Positions 8,008 to 16,431 of a stretch of 64,000 nucleotides of DNA are shown piece after piece. The translations under genes were made by a program, and so were the position numbers. Numbering within the stretch: position 1 is the first letter of the stretch; each line of letters begins with the position of its first letter. The notes under the pieces were generated by a model that saw only the letters and a list, made by a program, of their open reading frames with translations, was not told where the DNA came from and did not search any database. The stretch covers positions 155,820-219,819 of the IMG/VR virus record IMGVR_UViG_3300018424_000006; one strand, written 5' to 3'.

Positions 8008-8994
8008 ATGTTAAAATTACATAAACTCCCCTACTCTCGATTTCAAGAACTTGTCGATGAAGATATCTTCCCTGCCGCTATCGGTGATGAGCTACTTGCT
8101 TTCCAAATCCAGAAGAAAGAAGGTAACTTGTTTATCGCTTATTTCGATATGGATAAATTCGGTACCGTTAATACTGAAACTAACGTTACCTATCGTGAGT
8201 TACAACTACCGGTAGAAGTTGAAACTATCGGTAGATTGCGCCTAGAATGTAGTAATGCATTCGCGGTCCCAGTAACATATAAAGACCCCCAAACTAAAAA
8301 GATCGTCAATCAGCTACTGCATGTCAAAGATTATCTGCCGGGTCAAGAAACTCTAATCACTTTTGATAATCTTAATCTGACAGATCACTATGAGCTTGAG
8401 ATTAATGAGAAAAGTTTTAAGGTAACTCCGGCAACTGGTACTGTACTGAAGATTTCAGATTCCGATAAACTTGGTGAAATTTGTGATAGTGCTGTTGAAG
8501 CGATCAATAAAAACCCTGAAATCCATCTACAGTTTGCTTTTGAATTGCAGATGCCGTTCAGTATTCTAGGCGGTATTGATAATCTGTTCTTCGCATATAT
8601 GGATTTAGCAAAAGGACATCGCACGGCATTTGTAATCGATAGAAATACTGGCGAAGCTAAGTTGTTGTCTCAGTTATTTGCACCTCTTAATCTAGAACGC
8701 AAGTCAATAGCGATTTGCGGACATAACTCCGACGGCTTCTTTGTGCTCTTCGGCCATCAAGATGGCGAGCGTAGTGGTTCGATTATGTTCGTTACTTATG
8801 ACGAACTACGTAACTGGAAGATCACAGATGGCTCTTTAACTACTGAAGCGATTGTGTTCCGAGACGAAATCTATCTTCTTGGTGAAGATGGTTACTTCAT
8901 TAATGATGCCACTGGTGATATCGTTGGTCGTCTTAATGAAGACGAACTACTTGTTGCAGTATCTCCAAATCTACCTTTCATTTTGATTGGTTAA
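8008..8994 (+). CDS. Hypothetical beta-rich protein (possible beta-propeller)
   Basis: 328 aa ORF followed by a terminator; repeated short hydrophobic strands with G/D turns; weak RBS. Confidence 0.7.
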   Translation: MLKLHKLPYSRFQELVDEDIFPAAIGDELLAFQIQKKEGNLFIAYFDMDKFGTVNTETNVTYRELQLPVEVETIGRLRLECSNAFAVPVTYKDPQTKKIVNQLLHVKDYLPGQETLITFDNLNLTDHYELEINEKSFKVTPATGTVLKISDSDKLGEICDSAVEAINKNPEIHLQFAFELQMPFSILGGIDNLFFAYMDLAKGHRTAFVIDRNTGEAKLLSQLFAPLNLERKSIAICGHNSDGFFVLFGHQDGERSGSIMFVTYDELRNWKITDGSLTTEAIVFRDEIYLLGEDGYFINDATGDIVGRLNEDELLVAVSPNLPFILIG

Positions 8995-9007
8995 AAAAGA
9001 AAAAAAG

Positions 9008-9039
9008 ACTACTCCCTAGGCTAATGCCTAGGGAGTAGT
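9008..9039. terminator. Bidirectional terminator
   Basis: ACTACTCCCTAGGC-taat-GCCTAGGGAGTAGT 14-bp stem between convergent genes. Confidence 0.85.
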
Positions 9040-9048
9040 TAGTCTGCC

Positions 9049-9459
9049 TTAAAGAGTAGATTCTGGGAATATCTTCTTTATGGTAATGTTGACTAGTGGA
9101 ATCACATCTAGGTATGGAACTAAGATATCTAGGACCGCTTGACGATCGTAGTTATCCACCCACCTACTATCTAGAGTTAGGAAACCAGCATTGCGTACTT
9201 TATCTCGAGCAGGATGAGAATACGTTATCACTGTTTGGAATAGGATATCGTAGTAATAGTTCTCGGCATACTTGATAGCAGCTTCTGCGATCTCTTCTGG
9301 ATTGAAATTCTCGCCTACACGACCACTAAATAGAAGATAGCCAAAATGATCCTTGGCGACCCTATGGGCTCCGTACAGAGCCATTGTTTCCGACCGGTCA
9401 ATGAAGTTATGTACTTCATCGATAAGTGCTAGCGAAAGGGGCAAAGTTTCATATTGCAT
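9049..9459 (-). CDS. Hypothetical protein
   Basis: Start moved to ATG 9459 (AAGGAG RBS); 136 aa. Confidence 0.7.
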   Translation of the reverse strand: MQYETLPLSLALIDEVHNFIDRSETMALYGAHRVAKDHFGYLLFSGRVGENFNPEEIAEAAIKYAENYYYDILFQTVITYSHPARDKVRNAGFLTLDSRWVDNYDRQAVLDILVPYLDVIPLVNITIKKIFPESTL

Positions 9460-9470
9460 ATCCAATCTCC

Positions 9471-10439
9471 TTATTGACATTCTGCTAAACTCGAAAAATA
9501 ATCTTCCAGCATTTTACGTACAAATTCTTTGCACTCGCTGCGACTATTATATTTCTTAAAGTTTTCCAGTCTTTTCCAAGGACTTCTACGATCCACTGCC
9601 ATATAAAAGTTTCCAATTCGAATGGAAGGAACACCTTCTCTAGAAGTACCTAGAGAAATAACTCCCGTTCCAGTATGGTTTTCTTCTATGGCCGGATAGT
9701 AGACATCGACAAATGGACCATTATACCCCCTATGATAGAGAACTCCATAGCTATCTTGCTTCTGACTAATCTCTATAATCCTTGGGAATAAAGAGTATAT
9801 AGTCTCCACTGCCTTTTCTTGCTCAGCATTTAAAGCCAGAGTAATAAAAGACCGTTTGACAGTTTCCTTGCCTCGATTAAGGCTAATATACATAGGAGAA
9901 TATTTAGTACGTAGGTTGTACGTTTTATCGAAACAAAAGAACTGACGTTCAAGAATGAGCCTGGCTCGTTGAAATAAAACAAGAAGTGCTACATCCTCGA
10001 AACTTACATTTAAGTTACTAAGATATAACTTAGTAGTTACGCTAAGCCCAAAGAAATCTTTGTCAGGCTCAGGCCTGCTTGGCTTTAGTAGTTTATGCAT
10101 CGATTCAGCTAGCATCTCTTTCTGTTCACATTCCACGTCTTTTTCAAAACGCCCGTGACGAAAGTAATCATAGATGTTTTTATAGATCGGAAAATACTTT
10201 CTAAGTGCAAGTATTTTTTTAATTTTCTCTTGGTCTTCTCCGCCATGTCGTAGAGTATTTCCTGAGTCGCTATACATCCACCACCAGTCGTAATGGTCAA
10301 GTAGTAAGAAAAAATCTTCTGGGGTATAGTCCTCTGGATTAACCAGCGTTCTTTTTCGTATCATCAAATCCCCAATTAATTTACCGTGCTCTTGGGTATC
10401 CTTTATAAACTGCTTTTCTTCTGTTGTTAAAAATCGCAT
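9471..10439 (-). CDS. Hypothetical early protein
   Basis: 322 aa with AGGAGAG RBS, downstream of an early promoter motif; contains HYDWWWMYSDS. Confidence 0.75.
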   Translation of the reverse strand: MRFLTTEEKQFIKDTQEHGKLIGDLMIRKRTLVNPEDYTPEDFFLLLDHYDWWWMYSDSGNTLRHGGEDQEKIKKILALRKYFPIYKNIYDYFRHGRFEKDVECEQKEMLAESMHKLLKPSRPEPDKDFFGLSVTTKLYLSNLNVSFEDVALLVLFQRARLILERQFFCFDKTYNLRTKYSPMYISLNRGKETVKRSFITLALNAEQEKAVETIYSLFPRIIEISQKQDSYGVLYHRGYNGPFVDVYYPAIEENHTGTGVISLGTSREGVPSIRIGNFYMAVDRRSPWKRLENFKKYNSRSECKEFVRKMLEDYFSSLAECQ

Positions 10440-10507
10440 TTGTGTTGCTCTCCTTTAAATGGATTATTTTATAGGAGACTTAGATTATATATCACAGCCT
10501 CACTTAA

Positions 10508-10520
10508 GTAATATAGAATT
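10508..10520 (-). promoter_or_regulatory. Early promoter (TATATTAC)
   Basis: AATTCTATATTAC on the minus strand, ~70 nt upstream of the 10439 start. Confidence 0.75.
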
Positions 10521-10600
10521 CAAATATTCTAAAAATACATATCCTACTTAGCGTATGAAGTAGTAACCAACCAAATTAAAAAAACCTACGGAGAAGGAAA

Positions 10601-11098
10601 ATGATTACATATGTTGAAGGCGATGTCTTCGATAAGAAACTCCTTAAAGAAAATGACTTCTTTTTACATCTAGCCAATTGCCATAAAACAATGGGTGCGG
10701 GTGTAGCTCTGGGAGTGAAGCATTTTATGCCGGAGCTATATCAGGCTGACCTAAATGATTCTCGAACCCCAAAACAGAGGCTGGGTTCTTATAGTACCGC
10801 CAGCGTTACTCTGACTGAAAGTATCCCTAGTATGAGAATTCCTGCCGAAAAAATAACGGGTGTCAATATTTATGGCCAGTTTTATTACGGTAGAGAACAA
10901 ACCTACGTACGGTATAAAGACTTAGAGGCAGCACTTTTAGCTTTCCATAAATCTTTCGAGTTGAAAGAAACCTCTAGAATCATCATGCCTATGATGGGTT
11001 CCGGTCTAGCTGGCGGTAGTTGGAAACGTGTTGAAGAAATCATCGGACGCACTTTCCCATTGCAAAAAGTAACAGTAGTTATTAAGAAGGATCAGTAA
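10601..11098 (+). CDS. Macrodomain (ADP-ribose binding/processing) protein
   Basis: ITYVEGDVF, ANCHKTMGAGVA, NIYGQ and MPMMGSGLAGGSW match macrodomain motifs. Confidence 0.88.
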   Translation: MITYVEGDVFDKKLLKENDFFLHLANCHKTMGAGVALGVKHFMPELYQADLNDSRTPKQRLGSYSTASVTLTESIPSMRIPAEKITGVNIYGQFYYGREQTYVRYKDLEAALLAFHKSFELKETSRIIMPMMGSGLAGGSWKRVEEIIGRTFPLQKVTVVIKKDQ

Positions 11099-11382
11099 TG
11101 GAAAACATGACTCAGTCCCCTAACTGGGATCTACCTACGTCTTTAGCGGAATTAATTGAATACAATGAAGATTGCCTTCTTTCCGAAAAGCCGGACCGCA
11201 TGGCAATTCTTCTATCTGACCCTAATGACCCGGGTAAATTGGTTATATTGGAATATGGTGATGATGGCTGGCAGAACCGTCCGGGTTCTCGTGAGTGGGT
11301 TTGTGACATGCCTATCCTGGATCTTCAGGAAGGTATTAACGCCGTACTAGAACGTCATACTTTCGATAATGAAAAAGGATAG
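11098..11382 (+). CDS. Hypothetical protein
   Basis: 94 aa; TAATG coupling to the macrodomain gene; AAGGA RBS. Confidence 0.65.
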   Translation: MENMTQSPNWDLPTSLAELIEYNEDCLLSEKPDRMAILLSDPNDPGKLVILEYGDDGWQNRPGSREWVCDMPILDLQEGINAVLERHTFDNEKG

Positions 11383-12118
11383 ATTTGGGATAGAGCAGTA
11401 TCCCGATGAAATTGCTTACCAATCAGTGCCTTGTCCCGGACACGAGGCCTATCTGAGGGAAATGTATATGCCCAGTTATAAATCTAACGTAGTTATAGAA
11501 CGAGCCGCTATTTCAGCTAGACAAACTGGCAAGACTTTAGCTAATAAGTATGCGTTTGATATTCTGGCAGAACGTTTACGAGATAGTCATGGGGATAACT
11601 TTTCTTTTAGTTCGATAAGTCCTTTTGGGACTGCTTCACATATTTCCGAACTCTATCCTCGGATTAACTTAGACTATATGTATGAAAACAGTGCGGCTAT
11701 TCGTAACCATATATCTAATGCTAGGTTCTCTTTGAAGATGTTTAAAAACTCTTCAGTATTTCAGACGATGTTGAAGTGTTGGCTACGCTATACTATCGAT
11801 ATGAATCGCTTTGTCGATTCTCTTATAGCTAAAGAGGAGGTAAGCCGGTATAATGAAAGTCTTTCTCCGATAGGAAACTTCATTAACCAAGCTAAGGCTA
11901 AGTTCGGATTTAGGGATGACTATTATACCCCTATTAACGTAGGTACACTTTCCAGCTATGATGAATCCAAATACGAATTTGTCTATGGCATACCACAACC
12001 TAGAAATACTTTCCCGTTCGAGATTTTTGATTACTATTTAGATAACCGTAATACTGGTCTTGATACTCTGAATGTCTTTTCGGAAGAGTTCTATTGGTTA
12101 ATTATCTACCCTAGCTAA
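11369..12118 (+). CDS. Hypothetical protein
   Basis: 249 aa, overlaps the upstream gene, followed by a terminator; contains ARQTGKT. Confidence 0.7.
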   Translation: MKKDRFGIEQYPDEIAYQSVPCPGHEAYLREMYMPSYKSNVVIERAAISARQTGKTLANKYAFDILAERLRDSHGDNFSFSSISPFGTASHISELYPRINLDYMYENSAAIRNHISNARFSLKMFKNSSVFQTMLKCWLRYTIDMNRFVDSLIAKEEVSRYNESLSPIGNFINQAKAKFGFRDDYYTPINVGTLSSYDESKYEFVYGIPQPRNTFPFEIFDYYLDNRNTGLDTLNVFSEEFYWLIIYPS

Positions 12119-12128
12119 AAAAAGAAAA

Positions 12129-12164
12129 AGCTATACACCAGAGCTAGTGCTCTGGTGTATAGCT
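12129..12164. terminator. Bidirectional terminator
   Basis: AGCTATACACCAGAGC-tagt-GCTCTGGTGTATAGCT 16-bp stem. Confidence 0.85.
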
Positions 12165-12205
12165 TGATCTGCGTTTAGGTAAACGTACAGGAACTACCTC
12201 GTCAG

Positions 12206-12661
12206 CTAACCTACTTTTTTCATTTGAATGACGTTGTCATATTTGCCCATGACTTTACAACCTTTAAAGTGAAGATCCTTTTCAAAGTTAAAGCAAGCTA
12301 CTCGAGCTAGATTGTTTTCAATCAAGTTCTTAAGTAACTTAACGTTATCAGGATCTTCAATGGGGTTAGTATTGAACAATTCAAACATATGCTTTTGTAT
12401 TTCAACAACAAGATAGGTGTTATCTACATCTTCTTTGTACATTCCAAATTGCACTCGAAACTCTTGACACTTTTTAACATAAAGACCTAGCTCATCTAGA
12501 CGAGGTTTAGTCATTAAGTTAAGCGCATCCAAACGAACTGCGTCTTCAATGTCTTCCGTAAATGCTCGTACAGAATATTGAAGGTTAAGATCACGACGCG
12601 GAATGTTTTCCCCAAGTACTTTTAATTTGGAGAGTACAAACTCCTTTATTTCTTTGTTCAT
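12206..12661 (-). CDS. Hypothetical early protein
   Basis: Start moved to ATG 12661 (MNKEIKEF), in ATGA overlap with the upstream microprotein stop. Confidence 0.7.
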   Translation of the reverse strand: MNKEIKEFVLSKLKVLGENIPRRDLNLQYSVRAFTEDIEDAVRLDALNLMTKPRLDELGLYVKKCQEFRVQFGMYKEDVDNTYLVVEIQKHMFELFNTNPIEDPDNVKLLKNLIENNLARVACFNFEKDLHFKGCKVMGKYDNVIQMKKVG

Positions 12662-12807
12662 TGCTCGTCTACCCACTTAGGGTCGTTATAGCACGAAGAA
12701 CAGTGATCCTGATATTCACGATTACCGTCTTCGTCTACTCCAGTTAAAACGATCTGTGCTCCGCAGCAGTCAGAAACTTTATCGTCCATATCTGTAGTTG
12801 TTTGCAT
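12658..12807 (-). CDS. 49-aa zinc-finger-like microprotein (absent from ORF track)
   Basis: MQTTTDMDDKVSDCCGAQIVLTGVDEDGNREYQDHCSSCYNDPKWVDEQ; GAGGAGAA RBS; ATGA coupling to the next gene. Confidence 0.75.
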   Translation of the reverse strand: MQTTTDMDDKVSDCCGAQIVLTGVDEDGNREYQDHCSSCYNDPKWVDEQ

Positions 12808-12811
12808 TTTT

Positions 12812-12985
12812 TTATTTCTCCTCTCTACCAGATTTATTGTCCGTCACTCTAACCGGCCTCATATCCCAACTACATTTACTGCAGTGATCAGAATAGTAAT
12901 GCCAGCCATTTTTAAATTTGCCGTAATAATCAACAGGCACATTGCAGCAGGGAGAAATAAAATCACCCTTCTTCTTAGTCCTCAT
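12812..12985 (-). CDS. 57-aa zinc-finger-like microprotein (absent from ORF track)
   Basis: MRTKKKGDFISPCCNVPVDYYGKFKNGWHYYSDHCSKCSWDMRPVRVTDNKSGREEK; first ORF after the early promoter at 13019-13031. Confidence 0.75.
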   Translation of the reverse strand: MRTKKKGDFISPCCNVPVDYYGKFKNGWHYYSDHCSKCSWDMRPVRVTDNKSGREEK

Positions 12986-13018
12986 CTAGCAACCCTTTTA
13001 TTATCTCATGTCAATATA

Positions 13019-13031
13019 GTAATATAGAATT
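13019..13031 (-). promoter_or_regulatory. Early promoter (TATATTAC)
   Basis: AATTCTATATTAC on the minus strand. Confidence 0.75.
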
Positions 13032-13057
13032 GAAATGTTTTCCACAACGGCAAAAAA

Positions 13058-13084
13058 CTCCATGCCCCAACTACGGACATGGAG
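13058..13084 (-). terminator. Rho-independent terminator
   Basis: CTCCATG...CATGGAG stem with an A6 run (U-tract on minus), just after the 13094 stop. Confidence 0.6.
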
Positions 13085-13093
13085 TGAAAGGCC

Positions 13094-14311
13094 TTAGCCG
13101 TTATAGTAACGGATACTAAGAATACGTAAAGAAATGTAAACTAAGACAGCTACTTTAGTTGCAGATAGAGTTGCTTCATGGCGAGCGCTTATAGAACGCT
13201 TCACAATGTCCTCTACCTTCTCTTTTATGTCTAGCACTGCTTTGTTATTAGTTCGATGCGATCGGAAGCCTGAGCGCAATCTAGAGACGATCTCGGGGAT
13301 GTTCTTTTCATCTATCTCAGAACTTTTCATGAACTGGTGAATATAGACTACTAGAGCCCCTACTTCTTTAGTGATATCGAATCGCTTCTTACCGTCAATG
13401 TTATCTGAGATAAAGTCTAGAGCTTTAACTAGATTACTCTCAGTAGCAGATTCTACTAAGTTAAGAGTTGCTTGAATTAACTCTTCCTTAATGAAGTCAT
13501 TTCGATACTGAAGAATGTCATGCATCTTCTTGGCATTATCTTCGATATTGTTAGTAAACTCACGAAGTACTTGCTCGCCTTCTAGGTTTGTAATGAAAGC
13601 TTGCTGACTAAGAATACGAGCTTCTGAATCTCGTAATTCATAGAAGGTACTAGTCAGCTTATTATAGCTCTTACGAACCCTATCCTGAACATCATTTACT
13701 AAAGCAACTTGCTCTTCGTTATCATCCATCTTATTTAAAGCTTTTTGATGGATACTCTTCTTACTCAAGAAGCCGTCTGTACGATATTCAATTAATGCTT
13801 TCCAATTACCAGTCAGCTTAAGTAGGCTCTTTCTGCTAAGCTGTTCATATACTGCCTGTGCCAATGCTTCATCTGCACGATATGGAAAACGCTTAGCGTC
13901 CACACTGGTTAGGAATTTAATCTGCAGCATGTTCATTGCTGCATGAGCACCCATCTCCTTATATTTGGAAGGAAGATCTGCTGTAAGGCATTTATGAATA
14001 ATCCAAGTAAAGATATAGTTTACTGGGTTACCAGAAACCGCAAACTCTTTGTTGATCTCTGGTAGTTCGTGTAATTCTTCTTTGAAAGATTCTATATCTA
14101 GAACCTCGGCTACATCTTCGACCCAGTAGTCACGATCTTCAGACTTAAAGCGGATAGGATAAACTCCTATTAAGTTTCCGCCAAAGAACTGGATATGGTC
14201 ATCGTTCTTATGAATAAAGTTATTATAACCGCGAACGATCATTTCCATCTTAGCGCGGTCAAATTTTGCCTCGCTATATTTTTCAATTAAATCTTTGATT
14301 GTTTTCTTCAT
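13094..14311 (-). CDS. Conserved phiKZ-like virion structural protein
   Basis: 405 aa; H..FFGGNLIGVYPIRF motif recalled from conserved phiKZ-like virion proteins next to the tail tube/sheath genes. Confidence 0.75.
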   Translation of the reverse strand: MKKTIKDLIEKYSEAKFDRAKMEMIVRGYNNFIHKNDDHIQFFGGNLIGVYPIRFKSEDRDYWVEDVAEVLDIESFKEELHELPEINKEFAVSGNPVNYIFTWIIHKCLTADLPSKYKEMGAHAAMNMLQIKFLTSVDAKRFPYRADEALAQAVYEQLSRKSLLKLTGNWKALIEYRTDGFLSKKSIHQKALNKMDDNEEQVALVNDVQDRVRKSYNKLTSTFYELRDSEARILSQQAFITNLEGEQVLREFTNNIEDNAKKMHDILQYRNDFIKEELIQATLNLVESATESNLVKALDFISDNIDGKKRFDITKEVGALVVYIHQFMKSSEIDEKNIPEIVSRLRSGFRSHRTNNKAVLDIKEKVEDIVKRSISARHEATLSATKVAVLVYISLRILSIRYYNG

Positions 14312-14759
14312 CGTAAATACTCAGTTTGCCATGGAAGGCTTCTCGGAAGTCTGGATGTTTCTTTGCTAATAACTTAGCATATTTAACAGAGTACGAAATG
14401 CGGTCTACATCTCGCTGTAACCCTACGGAGTCAGTACCAATATCAACAAGCTTTTCATGTACCTTATCTTTACTAGGAACTGTCTCTTCTATGGTAGTAT
14501 CAATAAAGTCAGCGATCATTGCAACGGAACGCATAAAGACTTTACCCGCATACTTATTCAGATACTTAGTATCCTTATAGGAGCTATGGTCGGTCAAGAA
14601 AAAATGTAGGAATTGATCCTTCGTTTTCAAGTCCTTCTCGACTATTTTAGTTAGACAGTAATCCATCATATTCCATTCCATCTCGCCGATCGGAAAGAAA
14701 CCCCAGATTATGCTATTTAATTCATGACGTAATTTATCATTCATTTGTGCTTCTAACAT
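14283..14759 (-). CDS. Hypothetical protein
   Basis: 158 aa with AAGGGGAG RBS. Confidence 0.7.
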   Translation of the reverse strand: MLEAQMNDKLRHELNSIIWGFFPIGEMEWNMMDYCLTKIVEKDLKTKDQFLHFFLTDHSSYKDTKYLNKYAGKVFMRSVAMIADFIDTTIEETVPSKDKVHEKLVDIGTDSVGLQRDVDRISYSVKYAKLLAKKHPDFREAFHGKLSIYDEENNQRFN

Positions 14760-14917
14760 GGCAAGCTCCCCCTTCTTATTTTTGGGCTTACATTTGATTC
14801 GGCAATTTAAAATAAAAAGGTAGGATTATATACATAATCGAAAAGTAGCCTATAAAATTTCAGTGTCGTTTTTACAGAGCTGCTTTGTTGTCAAAAACTT
14901 TCTAAAGGAAAAAAGAG

Positions 14918-15790
14918 ATGAGTGGTAACTTTCAACCCAAGCCTCGTCCAGTGATCGAAGAACCCGGTCATGACTTAAACCCAATGGCAGAATACATGAT
15001 TGCCAGTAAAAAAGATTTGAAGCCTCATGCCACTCCGGGTGGTCAGGTTTCTGGTAACACCATGCCTGTAAATGGCCAGATGGTTAAGGTGGGCACTTTC
15101 GCAGTTATTGCTAAGTACCAAATAGGTATCCCTGCCGACCATCCTAACTTCCCAGAAGTAGCTAAGTTCGCTACTACTTTCCCAGAGAACGAATACTTCG
15201 TTGCTTGGGGTAAGTCCGGCCCTGTACCTTGGGAGAAAGATGAGTCTTTCCGTTACATCCCAACCTTCTCTCGTTATGTAGTAAACGAAGCAGGTACCGT
15301 TAAAAATGCGCATACCGGCGCTGTTGTATATGAAGACGTATTCGACAAGCGTGCTCAGTTAGTAGCTGACGGTTTCATGAATGGCCTATCTTGGGTTATG
15401 GGTAACATGATCAAGATCCTAGCATTCAGCAAACTACCTGAAACATTCACTGACTATACTTTCCAGAACTATAGCCATTCTATTGGTGTAGTGGACGGTC
15501 AATTAGGCTGGGAACCAAAACCGGTAATCTCTGCTCGTAGTAATGTTGATGGTCAGATTGTTAAATCTCGTACTGTACAAGATTTCATTACTTGCCGCAT
15601 TAAAGACTTCACTCAGAAAGGTGAGGCGCGTAAACAGATCCGTAACCTATCTTCTACCGCTGCCGTGCGCATGGGTGAGTTTAGTGTTCTTAAAGGTGAC
15701 GTTGACGACGTGACTAAGTTTGGTCCTGCTCAAGAGTCTGCTCCTGTCCCACAAGGCAATGCAAGCTTTGACAATGATCTAAGCTTCTAG
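14918..15790 (+). CDS. NUMOD4-like domain protein with acidic-aromatic C-terminal tail
   Basis: EKDESFRYIPTFSRYVVNEAGTVKNAHTG aligns with the N-terminus of the intron HNH; no HNH motif; ends SFDNDLSF. Confidence 0.75.
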   Translation: MSGNFQPKPRPVIEEPGHDLNPMAEYMIASKKDLKPHATPGGQVSGNTMPVNGQMVKVGTFAVIAKYQIGIPADHPNFPEVAKFATTFPENEYFVAWGKSGPVPWEKDESFRYIPTFSRYVVNEAGTVKNAHTGAVVYEDVFDKRAQLVADGFMNGLSWVMGNMIKILAFSKLPETFTDYTFQNYSHSIGVVDGQLGWEPKPVISARSNVDGQIVKSRTVQDFITCRIKDFTQKGEARKQIRNLSSTAAVRMGEFSVLKGDVDDVTKFGPAQESAPVPQGNASFDNDLSF

Positions 15791-15804
15791 ACAAAAAAAT
15801 AAAG

Positions 15805-15832
15805 CTACTCCTAGCCTAATGGCTAGGAGTAG
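15805..15832. terminator. Bidirectional terminator
   Basis: CTACTCCTAGCC-taat-GGCTAGGAGTAG 12-bp stem with A/T runs on both sides. Confidence 0.85.
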
Positions 15833-15843
15833 TCTTTTATGTC

Positions 15844-16320
15844 CTAATCGGAAATAGACTCTACCATGAGGTTGATATCAGGAAACATACCAAAGCCTCC
15901 ATAATCTTCATCTGGATCGTAGATAGTTTCTATTGTGTCCGGTTCCTCTACAGCTAAGTAGGTAAGTATACCTATGGCCGGTTTTACATCCTCAAAGTAG
16001 AATACTCCAGAATGCTCCATTAAAGAACCTAGTACAATCTCGATAGCATGACGTATTAGATATTTTCTATAGTCAGTATAGCTAAGGTAGTCATACGGAC
16101 CCTTTACTATATCTTCAGCAAGTGCGTGATCAGGGACTTTGTTATTCATTAATAAAATCGAGTTCATATAGCTAACCGATTTATGTAACGAACGTGCCTG
16201 AGTTCCTTTCCAATTTCCATTTACAAAGATTAGCGATGGAGAGGTTAGTGCTCTCCCTTCTATCTTTTTCTCCATTTCCATAATCGCTAACAGAAGTTTT
16301 TCTCTAGACATTTCTGCCAT
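15844..16320 (-). CDS. Hypothetical early protein
   Basis: 158 aa with GGAGAA RBS, directly downstream of an early promoter. Confidence 0.7.
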   Translation of the reverse strand: MAEMSREKLLLAIMEMEKKIEGRALTSPSLIFVNGNWKGTQARSLHKSVSYMNSILLMNNKVPDHALAEDIVKGPYDYLSYTDYRKYLIRHAIEIVLGSLMEHSGVFYFEDVKPAIGILTYLAVEEPDTIETIYDPDEDYGGFGMFPDINLMVESISD

Positions 16321-16354
16321 AGGTTTCTCCAGTTATGGTTGGTAATGCATTTAA

Positions 16355-16367
16355 GTAATATAGAATT
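16355..16367 (-). promoter_or_regulatory. Early promoter (TATATTAC)
   Basis: AATTCTATATTAC on the minus strand. Confidence 0.75.
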
Positions 16368-16392
16368 ACAAAATTCTCGACAACAGAAAAAC

Positions 16393-16422
16393 CTATCCTA
16401 CCCCAATAAAGGAGTAGGATAG
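16393..16422 (-). terminator. Terminator after the tail tube gene
   Basis: CTATCCTAC...GTAGGATAG stem with an adjacent A-run. Confidence 0.7.
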
Positions 16423-16431
16423 ATAAATACC

